IMG/VR virus record: IMGVR_UViG_3300047546_001659
Coordinates: 32,001-96,000 of that record
Length of the DNA: 64,000 nucleotides
DNA from: a virus
Strand: one strand, 5' to 3'
The position numbers and the translations under genes were made by a program. Shown in pieces: positions 34,968 to 44,715 of the stretch. The notes under the pieces are model-generated. The model made no database searches. It worked only from the letters and a program-made list of their open reading frames with translations, and was not told the DNA's origin. Within the stretch, counting starts at the first letter, position 1. Each line of letters opens with the position of its first letter.

Positions 34968-35920
34968 ACAAAATTACCTGTATAAGAAAATGATGAGAGG
35001 GCAGCTCTTGCCTTTACAAGTTTTTTCTGGTAGAAAGGTGATTCTCTATCAACTGCCCATACTTTATTACTTATTTGTTTATAAGAGTCATCTCTTTCAT
35101 AACAAATAATAGCTGCAGTAGCATCCTGAATAGTAGTTGCTACTAACAATTTTTTATATGCTTCTCTTTCAGAAACATGAAATTCATGCCATACATAATC
35201 TAATTGTTGTTCTAGAGGTGGCAAATTAGGAGGTTTCACAAGACCTGATATACCACAAAATTTAAGCATTGGAGTTGCTCTGTCATATTTGCCGGTTCTC
35301 CATTGTGCTATACCAATTGAAATTTCACCTTCATCATTTGGATTATATGCTTGTGGATTTATATTATCTGATGCGGATTCAATTTGAAAATTACCTACTA
35401 TGGCTGCACACATGAGTTTGATGTCACCCGAAGCTGAACCTTCTTTAGATATTTTTTCCCAGAAATAATTATAAACTTTTTGAGCATTACTTCCACCTGT
35501 TAATTGTGTTGTGGGTGTAGTATTGGTGTCAGTAGGAATATTATTTCCTGGACTACTCACTTCTCTAGAATCATTTCGGGTGCCGCTGCCAGCTGGTGAA
35601 TTATTAATCGAACCAGGTCCACCATTTATTACACCCATAACAATAGGTTGTTGACTATCTTCTCCGTCAACAAACATCCCAAATACCCAAGTGCCAACCT
35701 TTAAGCCATGGCTCACATTACCACTTGATGTTTGTCCACCCGTTGTAGGATATAAAACCATCGCCCAAGGTAATATATCATTAGGTACTCTCAAAGTATC
35801 TTCTATGTGATGAATACCAAATATTCTTACACGCACACGAGATCTATCATCGGCAATGTCTTGAACAACACCAATGAACCATCTAAATCTATCTCCGTAA
35901 AAATCGTCGTTTAATATCAT
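34964..35920 (-). CDS. gp5: gp5 N-terminal OB-fold plus phage tail lysozyme domain
   Basis: WFIGVV...RVRVRIFGIH...LPWAMV...GTWVFGMFVDGEDSQQPIVMG; AAIVGNFQIES...GIAQWR...EQQLDYVWHE. Confidence 0.88.
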   Translation of the reverse strand: MILNDDFYGDRFRWFIGVVQDIADDRSRVRVRIFGIHHIEDTLRVPNDILPWAMVLYPTTGGQTSSGNVSHGLKVGTWVFGMFVDGEDSQQPIVMGVINGGPGSINNSPAGSGTRNDSREVSSPGNNIPTDTNTTPTTQLTGGSNAQKVYNYFWEKISKEGSASGDIKLMCAAIVGNFQIESASDNINPQAYNPNDEGEISIGIAQWRTGKYDRATPMLKFCGISGLVKPPNLPPLEQQLDYVWHEFHVSEREAYKKLLVATTIQDATAAIICYERDDSYKQISNKVWAVDRESPFYQKKLVKARAALSSFSYTGNFV

Positions 35921-37323
35921 GCGTGACCGTATTTTACTACTGGTGAAGAGATTGAAGAATTATATTCAGACTCTTCTAATAACTGATTAAGATAACCATC
36001 TTTGTAAATTCTAATTGATGTAGCAGCTTTATCCCCTGCTGAGAATACTGTTTTAATTTCAGAAATAATAAACATACCTGAAATATAAATGTCGGTTAAA
36101 ACATTATTAAACCCATGCATTTCAGGAATGTCACAGTATATTATATCTCCTGCTTTTAAATTTATATTTGCTGGTACTGTAGCTGATAAATCAATTTGAT
36201 TTAAAGCGTGATTATATTTTACAGTATTACCAAATTTCAATCTATAGCCAGGTTGTGTCTTTCCAATATCATCATTAAAATTATCATAATTATTTACAAT
36301 ATATCTGATTCTATTTGTATATTCAGATTTTGCATTTTCATTTTTAACATAATCAATATATTTTTGAGTATTCAAAGGATATTTTTCAAGTGTGAAAGGT
36401 TTGTCTTTTGTTCCTGTATGTTCAGTAACTTTACTATTGTAGGCTTTTTGTAACATACTAATTTCAAATAGTTCGTTCTGATAATATCCACTAGCAATTT
36501 TTTCAATAGATGAAAATCTTTTATTATTAATTAAATTAGTAATAATTCTTAAATCTTGATCCGGATCACCAGTAGGTGAAGCATTATTTAATTCAATATC
36601 TGAAATATAGACATATTTTTTCTGTCTTAAAGATTCTCTTTTCTTTAATGCTTCTTCAATTAATTTTTGAATAGTTATAAAATTAAACTTTTCAGTATCT
36701 TCGTAAAAAAGATAAGTAAAATGATTATCAGGATCAGCTGATACAGCATGTTTGGCTAACCATTTAATACCCTGAAATGGTCTCAAATTTGGAACTATAA
36801 GTGTTCTAACTTTACTTGATGTTTCTTTAACAAATGGTTTGCCAATATTATATAATGCTTTTGTATCTTCTGCAAGATATTCATCGAATAATTTTTCAGC
36901 AGCGTCCTCTACTTTTTCATTATAACCATGTGAAACATATTTTCTAACATTTTGAAGATAGTACGGACTGATTAATTCAACAACATACATTAAAGATCTT
37001 GCTTTGTCACCTAATACGATATTTCTTACACCTTTAATAATAAATTTATATTCTTTTACTGTCTTAGCAGGACCTATAGCTGATGCAAGATTTGTGTTAT
37101 ATTCATAAGATATTGTAATTAATTCTTCACCAGTAAAAGGATAATTGACAAATAATCCTATCTGGTCATTTATAAGCATCTCTGCTTTAATTGATGATTC
37201 AAAAATAGATTGGTATACTGACACTTCCACAAATTGAGGAAGCAAACTCATTTTATCTGTTTTATTAAATTTTTCAATTGTTATAGCAACAATTTTAATA
37301 TCAAGTGGATTAAAATTAGCCAT
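35917..37323 (-). CDS. Baseplate hub protein (gp27-like)
   Basis: VSVYQSIF...IVPNLRPFQGIKWL...YLFYE...AGDII...SGMFII; lies between gp53 and gp5. Likely start is MANFN. Confidence 0.7.
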   Translation of the reverse strand: MANFNPLDIKIVAITIEKFNKTDKMSLLPQFVEVSVYQSIFESSIKAEMLINDQIGLFVNYPFTGEELITISYEYNTNLASAIGPAKTVKEYKFIIKGVRNIVLGDKARSLMYVVELISPYYLQNVRKYVSHGYNEKVEDAAEKLFDEYLAEDTKALYNIGKPFVKETSSKVRTLIVPNLRPFQGIKWLAKHAVSADPDNHFTYLFYEDTEKFNFITIQKLIEEALKKRESLRQKKYVYISDIELNNASPTGDPDQDLRIITNLINNKRFSSIEKIASGYYQNELFEISMLQKAYNSKVTEHTGTKDKPFTLEKYPLNTQKYIDYVKNENAKSEYTNRIRYIVNNYDNFNDDIGKTQPGYRLKFGNTVKYNHALNQIDLSATVPANINLKAGDIIYCDIPEMHGFNNVLTDIYISGMFIISEIKTVFSAGDKAATSIRIYKDGYLNQLLEESEYNSSISSPVVKYGHA

Positions 37324-37876
37324 TAAATAGATCTTTAATTTGCTGTTTAAAATCACTTATATAATTTGGTCTTAACAATTTTATATCTCTCTTCAATTCA
37401 TTTAATTCATATTCATATTCCCAGATTGATACAGGTTCCCATCCTGGAGGATTACCAAGTTTAGAATATGTTAATGGAGTCATTTTATAATTGTAAGAAT
37501 TTATTGTTGCTTGATCGTCTGAATTTAAACCTTTATAGTAATAGTAAGCAATAGTATCAGATGATAATGTAGAATTTAATCTTGAGGCAGTAGTATTATA
37601 TTTTGTTTCCATATAATCTTTAAATGAATTGTCATCCATCAACCAATCTTTATAAGGATCAACTATTTTATTCGTAAGATAAATGACCCAATCAAGAGTT
37701 GGATCATTATATTCTTGATAGGCGATAGCATCTGCACGCTCATTACCTTTTATTGTATAAGAATAAAATTTATTATAATCATTTAAATATTGTGTTACGA
37801 TTTCAGGTTCAACTAATATGTTGATACCTTGATTGCTATTATATTGGAGTCTAGGATAATAATCGAATATTGACAT
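37316..37876 (-). CDS. gp53: Baseplate wedge protein gp53
   Basis: YTIKGNERADAIAYQEYNDPTLDWVIYLTNKIVDPYKDW...YEYELNELKRDIKLLRP. Confidence 0.9.
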   Translation of the reverse strand: MSIFDYYPRLQYNSNQGINILVEPEIVTQYLNDYNKFYSYTIKGNERADAIAYQEYNDPTLDWVIYLTNKIVDPYKDWLMDDNSFKDYMETKYNTTASRLNSTLSSDTIAYYYYKGLNSDDQATINSYNYKMTPLTYSKLGNPPGWEPVSIWEYEYELNELKRDIKLLRPNYISDFKQQIKDLFNG

Positions 37877-37878
37877 TT

Positions 37879-38673
37879 TTACGTATTATCTCTCTTGTAG
37901 TGAGAACCTGCGGTTGCCGTTGTTCCGTCAAAATTATCTCTTGTTTGAATATTGATTTCTTGGAATGACATAGCAATCTCAACTGATATAGGTTGTCCGT
38001 CTTTATAAAAAGCAGGAGTACCAGTACCAGCACCATTAATATCCAATCTAGTAATAAATGAATCGTTTACATTTGGCATTATTGAATAAGGAAGACCTAT
38101 AAAATCAACTGTTGCAAGATAAGGATACTCCAATGCATATCCGCCAGGGATAATTTTTGGATGCATATATGTTTTTACATGGTCAATAATTCTGTTTAAC
38201 GATCTTGCTTCATCAGAAGATTTAGGAGCCAGCTTCCACACAAACTGATAAGACTTAGGTCTTACACCTTCGAATATAGTTGTAAGATGTGGGTTGCGAA
38301 CCTGACCACTTACGGATTGTGCATACTTACCTATAATAGTATCAGATATACCAGGAGCAATTGCTGCAGCTTGTAATGATATGTCTAAAATTTTACTTAC
38401 TGACATATTGCCTGCTTTTGTTTGATTTTCATATTCTTGCAATTGTGTTTTACCCGCCGATAGTAAGTCAGTTGGTGAATTGCCAAATAATTCAAAAGCA
38501 GGATTACTCACGTCCATGTTAAATGAATCATGTAACCCTAAAGGTAAAGGTAAACGTATTGAAGAAGCCAGGGTTACAGTAGGTTGTGTTCCCGGTTTTC
38601 TTTCATATTTTCTTAAAGCCAGTCTAGTATAGAACTGGGGTTCTTGTAAAGGAAAAGCAAATATTTCAGCCAT
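37879..38673 (-). CDS. gp48: Baseplate tail-tube cap gp48-like
   Basis: IRLPLP...NPHLTTIFEG...YQFVWKLAPKSSDEA...DGQPISVEIAMSFQE. Confidence 0.82.
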   Translation of the reverse strand: MAEIFAFPLQEPQFYTRLALRKYERKPGTQPTVTLASSIRLPLPLGLHDSFNMDVSNPAFELFGNSPTDLLSAGKTQLQEYENQTKAGNMSVSKILDISLQAAAIAPGISDTIIGKYAQSVSGQVRNPHLTTIFEGVRPKSYQFVWKLAPKSSDEARSLNRIIDHVKTYMHPKIIPGGYALEYPYLATVDFIGLPYSIMPNVNDSFITRLDINGAGTGTPAFYKDGQPISVEIAMSFQEINIQTRDNFDGTTATAGSHYKRDNT

Positions 38674-38682
38674 TTTACTCCC

Positions 38683-38690
38683 TATAAATA
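38683..38690 (+). promoter_or_regulatory. T4-type late promoter for the gp4-gp2-tube-gp26-TMP operon
   Basis: Exact TATAAATA in the divergent gp48/gp4 gap; a GATAAATA variant on the minus strand at about 38698-38705 may serve gp48. Confidence 0.7.
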
Positions 38691-38717
38691 TTCTTATTAT
38701 TTATCGGTATTTTTGAA

Positions 38718-39161
38718 ATGGCATATAAAGGTAAATTTAAACCTAAGTTCCCTGAAAAATATAGAGGGGATCCTACCAACATTATCTATAGAAGTCTTTG
38801 GGAGATGAGGTTCATGAGATATTTGGACCACCACCCAAGTGTTATGCAATGGGCTTCAGAAGAAGTTATTATTCCTTATATAAGTCCTATTGATAAAAGA
38901 GTTCATAGATACTTTCCTGATTTTTGGGTAAAGATGAAGGCTGCAAATGGTGAAATAAATACTTTATTAATAGAAATTAAACCTTCTAAGCAAACTAAAA
39001 TACCGATAAGACCTGAAAAATTAACTCGCAAATTTATTAACGAAGCCCGTACATATAGTGTCAATATAGCTAAGTGGAAAGCTGCACAAGAATTTTGCGA
39101 TGATAGAAAATGGCAATTTAAAGTACTTACAGAAAAAGAATTAGGATTAGATAAAATTTAA
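38718..39161 (+). CDS. gp4: Head completion nuclease gp4
   Basis: YKGKFKPKFPEKYRGDPTNIIYRSLWE...WASEE...HRYFPDF...IEIKP...KWKAA. Confidence 0.93.
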   Translation: MAYKGKFKPKFPEKYRGDPTNIIYRSLWEMRFMRYLDHHPSVMQWASEEVIIPYISPIDKRVHRYFPDFWVKMKAANGEINTLLIEIKPSKQTKIPIRPEKLTRKFINEARTYSVNIAKWKAAQEFCDDRKWQFKVLTEKELGLDKI

Positions 39162-39766
39162 TGGGAATTTTTACTAACGTTCTTAAAGATGGTAGAACTT
39201 CTAGTTCATCTACTGGCATTTTAAGACCAGGGACAGTTGATGCTCGTGATTGGTTTAGAGATAAAGCCAGAGAAGTAAGATCAGTACAAGTGGATTCTAT
39301 AATAAGAAAAAATCCTACTTACACAAGAACTACTATTAGACCTGGATTCATGTATCTTTTTAATTATGATCCAAAGATGAAAGATGAACTTCCTTACTAT
39401 GATAGATTTCCTTTAGTGTTTCCTTTTGAGGCAACACCTGATGGGTTCTTGGGAATGAATATGCATTACATTCCTCATATCTACAGAGCAAGATTGATGG
39501 ATAATCTTTATGATCTAACCAATAATGAAAGATATGATGAAACAACCAAGCTCAGAGCATCGTATTCTATGCTTAATTCAGCCGCCCGCTATAAATACTT
39601 TAAACCTTGTATTAAAAGATATCTATACTCTCATGTGAGAAGCAGATTTCTTTTGATACCAGCAAATGAATGGGATATAGCTTTATTTTTACCACTTGAA
39701 AGATTTGCTAAATCAACAAAAAGTAAAGTATATAAAGATTCAAGGAATTATATAAATGGCCTTTAA
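39161..39766 (+). CDS. gp2: DNA end protector gp2
   Basis: YDPKMKDELPYYDRFPL...GFLGMNMHY...KPCIKRYL...HVRS. Confidence 0.92.
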   Translation: MGIFTNVLKDGRTSSSSTGILRPGTVDARDWFRDKAREVRSVQVDSIIRKNPTYTRTTIRPGFMYLFNYDPKMKDELPYYDRFPLVFPFEATPDGFLGMNMHYIPHIYRARLMDNLYDLTNNERYDETTKLRASYSMLNSAARYKYFKPCIKRYLYSHVRSRFLLIPANEWDIALFLPLERFAKSTKSKVYKDSRNYINGL

Positions 39767-40493
39767 TATTAGAGACATGATGGGGGCAATGAATGCCTCC
39801 GGAGGTCTAACTAAAACTTCTAAATTTTTTGTTGAGGTTTATCCTCCAAGAAGTTTAGCTGTTAATCCTAATCTTTTCTTTTTGTGCGAGGCTGCAACAT
39901 TACCAGGGGTATCATGGCAAACTGATGAAATAAGAATGTCTGGATATGGTAATCTAGAAAAACGTCCGTATACACCAATTTTTCAAGATGTCAATTTAAC
40001 TTTTTATAATGATTCAAATAGTAAAGTGATGACATTCTTTCACAGATGGATGCAGACAATATTTAACTTTAATGCTTCTATCAATCCCAATTCAACAACT
40101 GCCGCAGGTCAACCCATTAATACCCTTAACTATCCTAATGAATATAGAGGTATTGTTGAAATAATTCATTATGATGATGCAGGCGAACAGGTAGTTAAAT
40201 ATACAATGCAAGATGCATATCCAATTGCAATTGGTGATATTAATGTTGACTGGAATCAATCAGATCAGCTTGTAAGAATACCTGTAACATTTGCATATAC
40301 TTATTGGTCTTCAGAAACACTTGATCCAGGGTTAGCCTCTTATAAATCACAAGCTATTTTCAATGCTACTCAATCTACTGCCTCAAGAGTAGATATGGAA
40401 AACAAAATTATTTGGGAACTTCTCAACTTTACATCACCAGCCATAGTACAAAATAAAGTAAACATTCTAGCTGGTGTTTTATCATTTTTATAA
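39756..40493 (+). CDS. Tail tube initiator/tube-like protein (gp54/gp19 family)
   Basis: LCEAATLPG...VNLTFYND...FFHRW...DAYPIAIGDINVDW...VTFAY. Confidence 0.8.
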   Translation: MAFNIRDMMGAMNASGGLTKTSKFFVEVYPPRSLAVNPNLFFLCEAATLPGVSWQTDEIRMSGYGNLEKRPYTPIFQDVNLTFYNDSNSKVMTFFHRWMQTIFNFNASINPNSTTAAGQPINTLNYPNEYRGIVEIIHYDDAGEQVVKYTMQDAYPIAIGDINVDWNQSDQLVRIPVTFAYTYWSSETLDPGLASYKSQAIFNATQSTASRVDMENKIIWELLNFTSPAIVQNKVNILAGVLSFL

Positions 40494-40510
40494 TATAAGG
40501 ACTATTTGAA

Positions 40511-41209
40511 ATGGCACTACCTAAAATTAAACACCCAACATATAATGTTACTATACCTTCCAATAAACAGAAGGTTAACATTAGACCCTTTACTGTTCAA
40601 GAAGAAAAACTTCTTCTTATGGCAAGACAGTCAGAAAATGCTGAAGATTCCATCAATACAATTAAACAAATAATTACCAATTGTGTAATTGAAAGTATTG
40701 ATGTTGATAAATTAGCTACATTTGATATAGAATATTTGTTTGTCAAATTGAGAGCTAAATCAGTAGGTGAAATTGTTGAATTGGAATATAAAGATACTGA
40801 AACAAATGAATCAATAAAATTCAAAGTAAATCTTGATGATGTGGAAATTAAATACAATCCAAACCACACAAATAAATTCATTATAAGTGGTGAGGTTGGA
40901 GTATCTATGAGATATCCATCAATAAGCGAATTAAAACAAATAGAAAATGATATGATTGCAGATAAAACTATTACTGGAATCCTTAGTAAATGTATAGATA
41001 AAATTTTTGATAATGATAATGTCTATACAGATTACACAGATTCAGAATTAGAAGAATTTATCAACAGTTTACCTGTTGAAGCTATGACGAAAATTAGAGA
41101 ATTTTTTGAAACAATGCCTTCACTTGAATATACAACAAAGGTTAAAAATAAAGCTGGTAAAGAAATAGATGTTGAATTGCGAGGAATCAACAATTTTTTT
41201 ACGTATTGA
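40511..41209 (+). CDS. gp26: Baseplate hub assembly chaperone gp26
   Basis: MALPKI...P.Y...PS...RPFTVQEEKLLL...FDIEYLFVKLRAKSVGE...MRYP...FFETMP...GINNFF. Confidence 0.9.
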   Translation: MALPKIKHPTYNVTIPSNKQKVNIRPFTVQEEKLLLMARQSENAEDSINTIKQIITNCVIESIDVDKLATFDIEYLFVKLRAKSVGEIVELEYKDTETNESIKFKVNLDDVEIKYNPNHTNKFIISGEVGVSMRYPSISELKQIENDMIADKTITGILSKCIDKIFDNDNVYTDYTDSELEEFINSLPVEAMTKIREFFETMPSLEYTTKVKNKAGKEIDVELRGINNFFTY

Positions 41210-41232
41210 CCGGATATTCTAATATCTCGGTC
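41194..41232 (+). promoter_or_regulatory. Putative -1 programmed frameshift signal (slippery U-UUU-UUU plus stem-loop)
   Basis: T TTT TTT at 41194-41200, a 7-nt spacer, then hairpin GACCGGATAT-TCTA-ATATC(T)CGGTC at 41208-41232. Confidence 0.7.
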
Positions 41233-41382
41233 TATTACAATACGTTGTTTTCTTTAGTACATCACCATAAATATTCATTGACAGAGGTTTATGATATGTA
41301 TCCTTACGAAAGAGATCTATTTTTAGAATTGCTAATGATGCATATTAAGGACGTACAAGAAAGAAAGACACGTAATGGCTAA
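41206..41382 (+). CDS. gp51: gp51-like hub assembly catalyst (absent from ORF track; -1 frame relative to gp26)
   Basis: Manual translation LTGYSNISVYYNTLFSLVHHHKYSLTEVYDMYPYERDLFLELLMMHIKDVQERKTRNG* carries the gp51 HHKYSLTE...PxERD motif. No ATG start precedes the motif. Confidence 0.85.
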   Translation: MTGYSNISVYYNTLFSLVHHHKYSLTEVYDMYPYERDLFLELLMMHIKDVQERKTRNG

Positions 41383-43738
41383 AAAAGAAACAGGCGAAGA
41401 TATTCTCCGAGCTATTATGGAAAAAGGTGGTAAGGGTGGTGGTAGAGCTCAGCAAGCAGCTGCAGAGGCTCTTAATGATGCTGCTGAAAGTATTAAAGAA
41501 AATACCAGACAACAGGCAAAAATTGGTGAAACCTTAGGTAACGTTTTTAATAATTTTAAAAATTCATTTTCCAGTGCTGGTGGTGGAGGCAGAGGTACGG
41601 GTGACGGAACAGGAGGCCTTGGTGGCCTTGGGGGCGGCGGAAGAAGAAATAATGTTCCAAATATATTATTAGATATCCTAAATGTAAATAGAAGTATCTT
41701 AAAATTTACTCATTCTAATAATGATGTTCTTTATGATATTCTTGACGCTATTCGTGGCAATGAAAGAAGTAAAATTGAAGAACGTAGAGAAAGATCCACA
41801 AGAACTCAACCTACTGAAGGTACAGGTGCAGGAATAGGCAAAACTTTAACTGGTGCTGGTAATCTCTTTGGTGGTATGGGTAATTTATTGAGTGGATTGG
41901 GTGGCGGACTAGGTAAACTACTTGGTGGTGCAGGCATTGCAGCTTTTCTTTTATCAGAAGCTGATGCAGAAAAAATCAAAAAAAATATTGAAACCCTCTT
42001 ATCAATTGGTGAGGGATATGAAAGCAAGCTTGATTTCCTAAAAGAAGGTGGAACTCTTGCTTTAATGTTATATGGAATAGGAACCGGTCTTTCTACATTT
42101 GCTATTGGACAATTTGCAAATGTTATTACTCAATGGACTACTGGATTTTTAGGTAAAGAAAATTGGGCTGAAACAGTAAAAGATAATGTTGCTGATCTTT
42201 TAGAAATAGCTAATTTACCAAATAGTAATGTAGGTAATGTTGCTTGGCTTACAACGGCTTTGGTTGGTATAGGAACAGGGTTAGCTGTTTTTGGAATTGG
42301 TAAAGGCGTTGAGGGTGGGATTGAAGGTATAGTAAAGGGAATAGATTTCTTTACAAAAGATCAACCATTTGCCCAGAGGTTAAAAGATGAACTTGGAACT
42401 TTACTTTCAATAGCAGATTTACCACACCAAAATGACGCAGGATGGTTAGCAGGTGCTTTGACTAAAATAGGACTTGGTTTAAGTGTGTTTGCATTAGGCA
42501 AAGGTTTAGAAGGTATTGCATATGCAGGTCAAGAAATAGTTGATTTCTTCACAGGACAACAACCCTTTGCACAAAGAATATATGATGAAGTAAAAACTCT
42601 ATTATCAATTGCGGATATTCCTCATGCATCAGATGATGTAACATGGTTTGCTAATATGGCAGCAGGCATCACAGCCGGTTTGGGAGTATTTGCATTAGGA
42701 AAAGGGTTAGAAGGTGGCGTTAATGCTATAACTAGAATTGTTGATTTCTTCGCAGGTCAACAACCTTTTGCTGATAGAATTTATAATGAAGTAAAAACTT
42801 TATTATCAATTGCTGATATTCCTCACGCTTCTGAAAATGTAAATTGGTTTGCAGATGCAATGGCTGGTATAACTGCAGGACTTGGAGTGTTTGCATTAGG
42901 TAAGGGTTTAGAAGGCGGGGTCAATGCAGTAACCAAGATTATTGACTTTTTTACTGGAGATAAACCTTTTGCTCAGAGAATATATGATGAGGTTTCAAAA
43001 TTATTATCAATTACTAAAATTGACGCAGATGGCAAATCTTTCTTCTTAACGATGTCTGATATAGCTGCTGGTCTTGCAGCCTTTACTGTATCAGACTTTG
43101 CAAGTTCATTAGTTAATGTCGGAACTAGTATTTTAAATTTTATATCCGGAAAAAGTAGCCCGTTTGATAAGATTAAAGAATTAGCTAATGATGCTGATAA
43201 GTTAGAAAAAGGTGCCAATGCTTTAGAGAAAATTGCAAATGCATTGTCAACATTTTCTAATATTAAAACCGGTAATTTAGGTGATATTGATTTTGAAGGT
43301 ATGGCAAAAAATCTAGGTCAAGCCATACCATTATTAAATGCTCTCGCAAATGGTGGAACTTTATCTGCAGGTGGTTTATTCAGTTGGCTTAAATCAGATT
43401 TAGATTTTGGAAAAGGTATTCTTGATCCAAATCTAAAACTTGATCAGATGGCATCTGCAATTAGTAAGATTAACTACGTATTAGGTAGAACAACTGATAT
43501 AACACCTGTTCAAGGCAATGCTCAAAACGTAAATGCAGCAACTAGACAAAACGCTGTTGATGGTGAAAGTCAAGGTAATAACATCATAGTTGTACCACCA
43601 GCAAATGGAACTTCAAACGCTTCACGTGAACCACCTATGGTTCCTAGAAGTTCAGGGGCAGTTCAGACCGCCCCTGTTCCATCTTTATTTGATCGTCATA
43701 TGTACGATAGTGCTTACTTTGGTGCTGGACACCCTTAA
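41375..43738 (+). CDS. Tape measure protein (gp29-like) with about 67-aa repeats
   Basis: Follows gp26/gp51; helical and Ala/Gly-rich; VFALGKGLEG...DFFxGQQPFAxRIYxEVKTLLSIADIPH repeats with 201-nt period. Confidence 0.75.
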   Translation: MAKKETGEDILRAIMEKGGKGGGRAQQAAAEALNDAAESIKENTRQQAKIGETLGNVFNNFKNSFSSAGGGGRGTGDGTGGLGGLGGGGRRNNVPNILLDILNVNRSILKFTHSNNDVLYDILDAIRGNERSKIEERRERSTRTQPTEGTGAGIGKTLTGAGNLFGGMGNLLSGLGGGLGKLLGGAGIAAFLLSEADAEKIKKNIETLLSIGEGYESKLDFLKEGGTLALMLYGIGTGLSTFAIGQFANVITQWTTGFLGKENWAETVKDNVADLLEIANLPNSNVGNVAWLTTALVGIGTGLAVFGIGKGVEGGIEGIVKGIDFFTKDQPFAQRLKDELGTLLSIADLPHQNDAGWLAGALTKIGLGLSVFALGKGLEGIAYAGQEIVDFFTGQQPFAQRIYDEVKTLLSIADIPHASDDVTWFANMAAGITAGLGVFALGKGLEGGVNAITRIVDFFAGQQPFADRIYNEVKTLLSIADIPHASENVNWFADAMAGITAGLGVFALGKGLEGGVNAVTKIIDFFTGDKPFAQRIYDEVSKLLSITKIDADGKSFFLTMSDIAAGLAAFTVSDFASSLVNVGTSILNFISGKSSPFDKIKELANDADKLEKGANALEKIANALSTFSNIKTGNLGDIDFEGMAKNLGQAIPLLNALANGGTLSAGGLFSWLKSDLDFGKGILDPNLKLDQMASAISKINYVLGRTTDITPVQGNAQNVNAATRQNAVDGESQGNNIIVVPPANGTSNASREPPMVPRSSGAVQTAPVPSLFDRHMYDSAYFGAGHP

Positions 43739-44661
43739 TCAGAAGCTAACTTCTTAAAGAAGCTAAGATCCTCATCGTCTTCATCCCAAGGTGCTGAAGA
43801 CTCTTGCTTAGCTGCTGGGATAGAAGGTGCAGGAGCTGCACGTTGAGGTGTTGGGAAAGCTTCATCTTCATCATCAAGAGAAGGAGCCATACGCTGAGGT
43901 GAATCAGTGAGTGTTCCGAGAGCCTTCTCAAGACGCATCTTCAATTCTTCATATGACTTGAAGTGCTTTGCATCAAGAAGTTCTTGAAGTGAATGTTGCT
44001 TACCCCAGATAGCTTTAATCTGCTCATCATCATTTGCAATAGAAGATGGTGAATCAAATTCAGACTTATCATAGTTACGATAGCCTTCTACCTGACGAAT
44101 CTTCAACTTAAAGTTTGCTCCATCCCAGAAATCAAAAGGATTAACAGCCTTCTCATCTTGGAATTGTGGATGCATAGCTTCGTTGATCTTATCAAAGATC
44201 TTTTTACCATACTTAAACAAGAATACCTTGCCTTCGTTTTCTGGACGAGTAGGATCCTTAATAACAAGAATGTTAGAGAAGTATGAAAGGCGACGCTTTT
44301 GCTTGCGTACAATTTCCTTATTTGATTCAATACCAGAGTTCCAGAGTTTTGTGTTCATCTCTGATACTGGATCTGGTTTATTGAATGTGGTTAGGCTTTT
44401 TTCGATATACCAACCACCAGGACCTTGGAACCCATGGTCCCAAATGCGTACGAACGGCATGTCTTCACCAGCTGGGGCGGGAAGAAAACGAATGATCGCA
44501 TAGCCATTGCCGGCTTTGTCGACATCTGGTTTCCAGAAGCGATCGTCGTTGTTTGAACCGTCTTGTTGGGAAACTGTAGAATTGAGCTTGTTGAGCTCGG
44601 ATGTGAGTTTGTCAAAGTTAGACTTACGATTTTGTTTAAGTGCTTCGAAATTAATAGTCAT
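43735..44661 (-). CDS. gp32: Single-stranded DNA-binding protein gp32
   Basis: DDRFWKP...GNGYAIIRFLP...HGFQGPGGWYIE...FKYGKKIFDK...NYDKSEF; acidic tail. Confidence 0.96.
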   Translation of the reverse strand: MTINFEALKQNRKSNFDKLTSELNKLNSTVSQQDGSNNDDRFWKPDVDKAGNGYAIIRFLPAPAGEDMPFVRIWDHGFQGPGGWYIEKSLTTFNKPDPVSEMNTKLWNSGIESNKEIVRKQKRRLSYFSNILVIKDPTRPENEGKVFLFKYGKKIFDKINEAMHPQFQDEKAVNPFDFWDGANFKLKIRQVEGYRNYDKSEFDSPSSIANDDEQIKAIWGKQHSLQELLDAKHFKSYEELKMRLEKALGTLTDSPQRMAPSLDDEDEAFPTPQRAAPAPSIPAAKQESSAPWDEDDEDLSFFKKLASD

Positions 44662-44715
44662 AGTATTCTCCGTTGTGTTACGATATATTAATTGTATGAT
44701 ACGTTGTATATGAAA

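Noticed and set aside
19754-35920. Stop-codon reassignment as the cause of split VrlC and gp5 genes
   Set aside because: Most breaks involve frame changes or overlaps with fresh ATGs rather than a single in-frame stop, and core genes are intact under the standard code.
43746-44713. Several overlapping ORFs on both strands of gp32
   Set aside because: By-product of the strong codon bias of a highly expressed gene; no independent signals.
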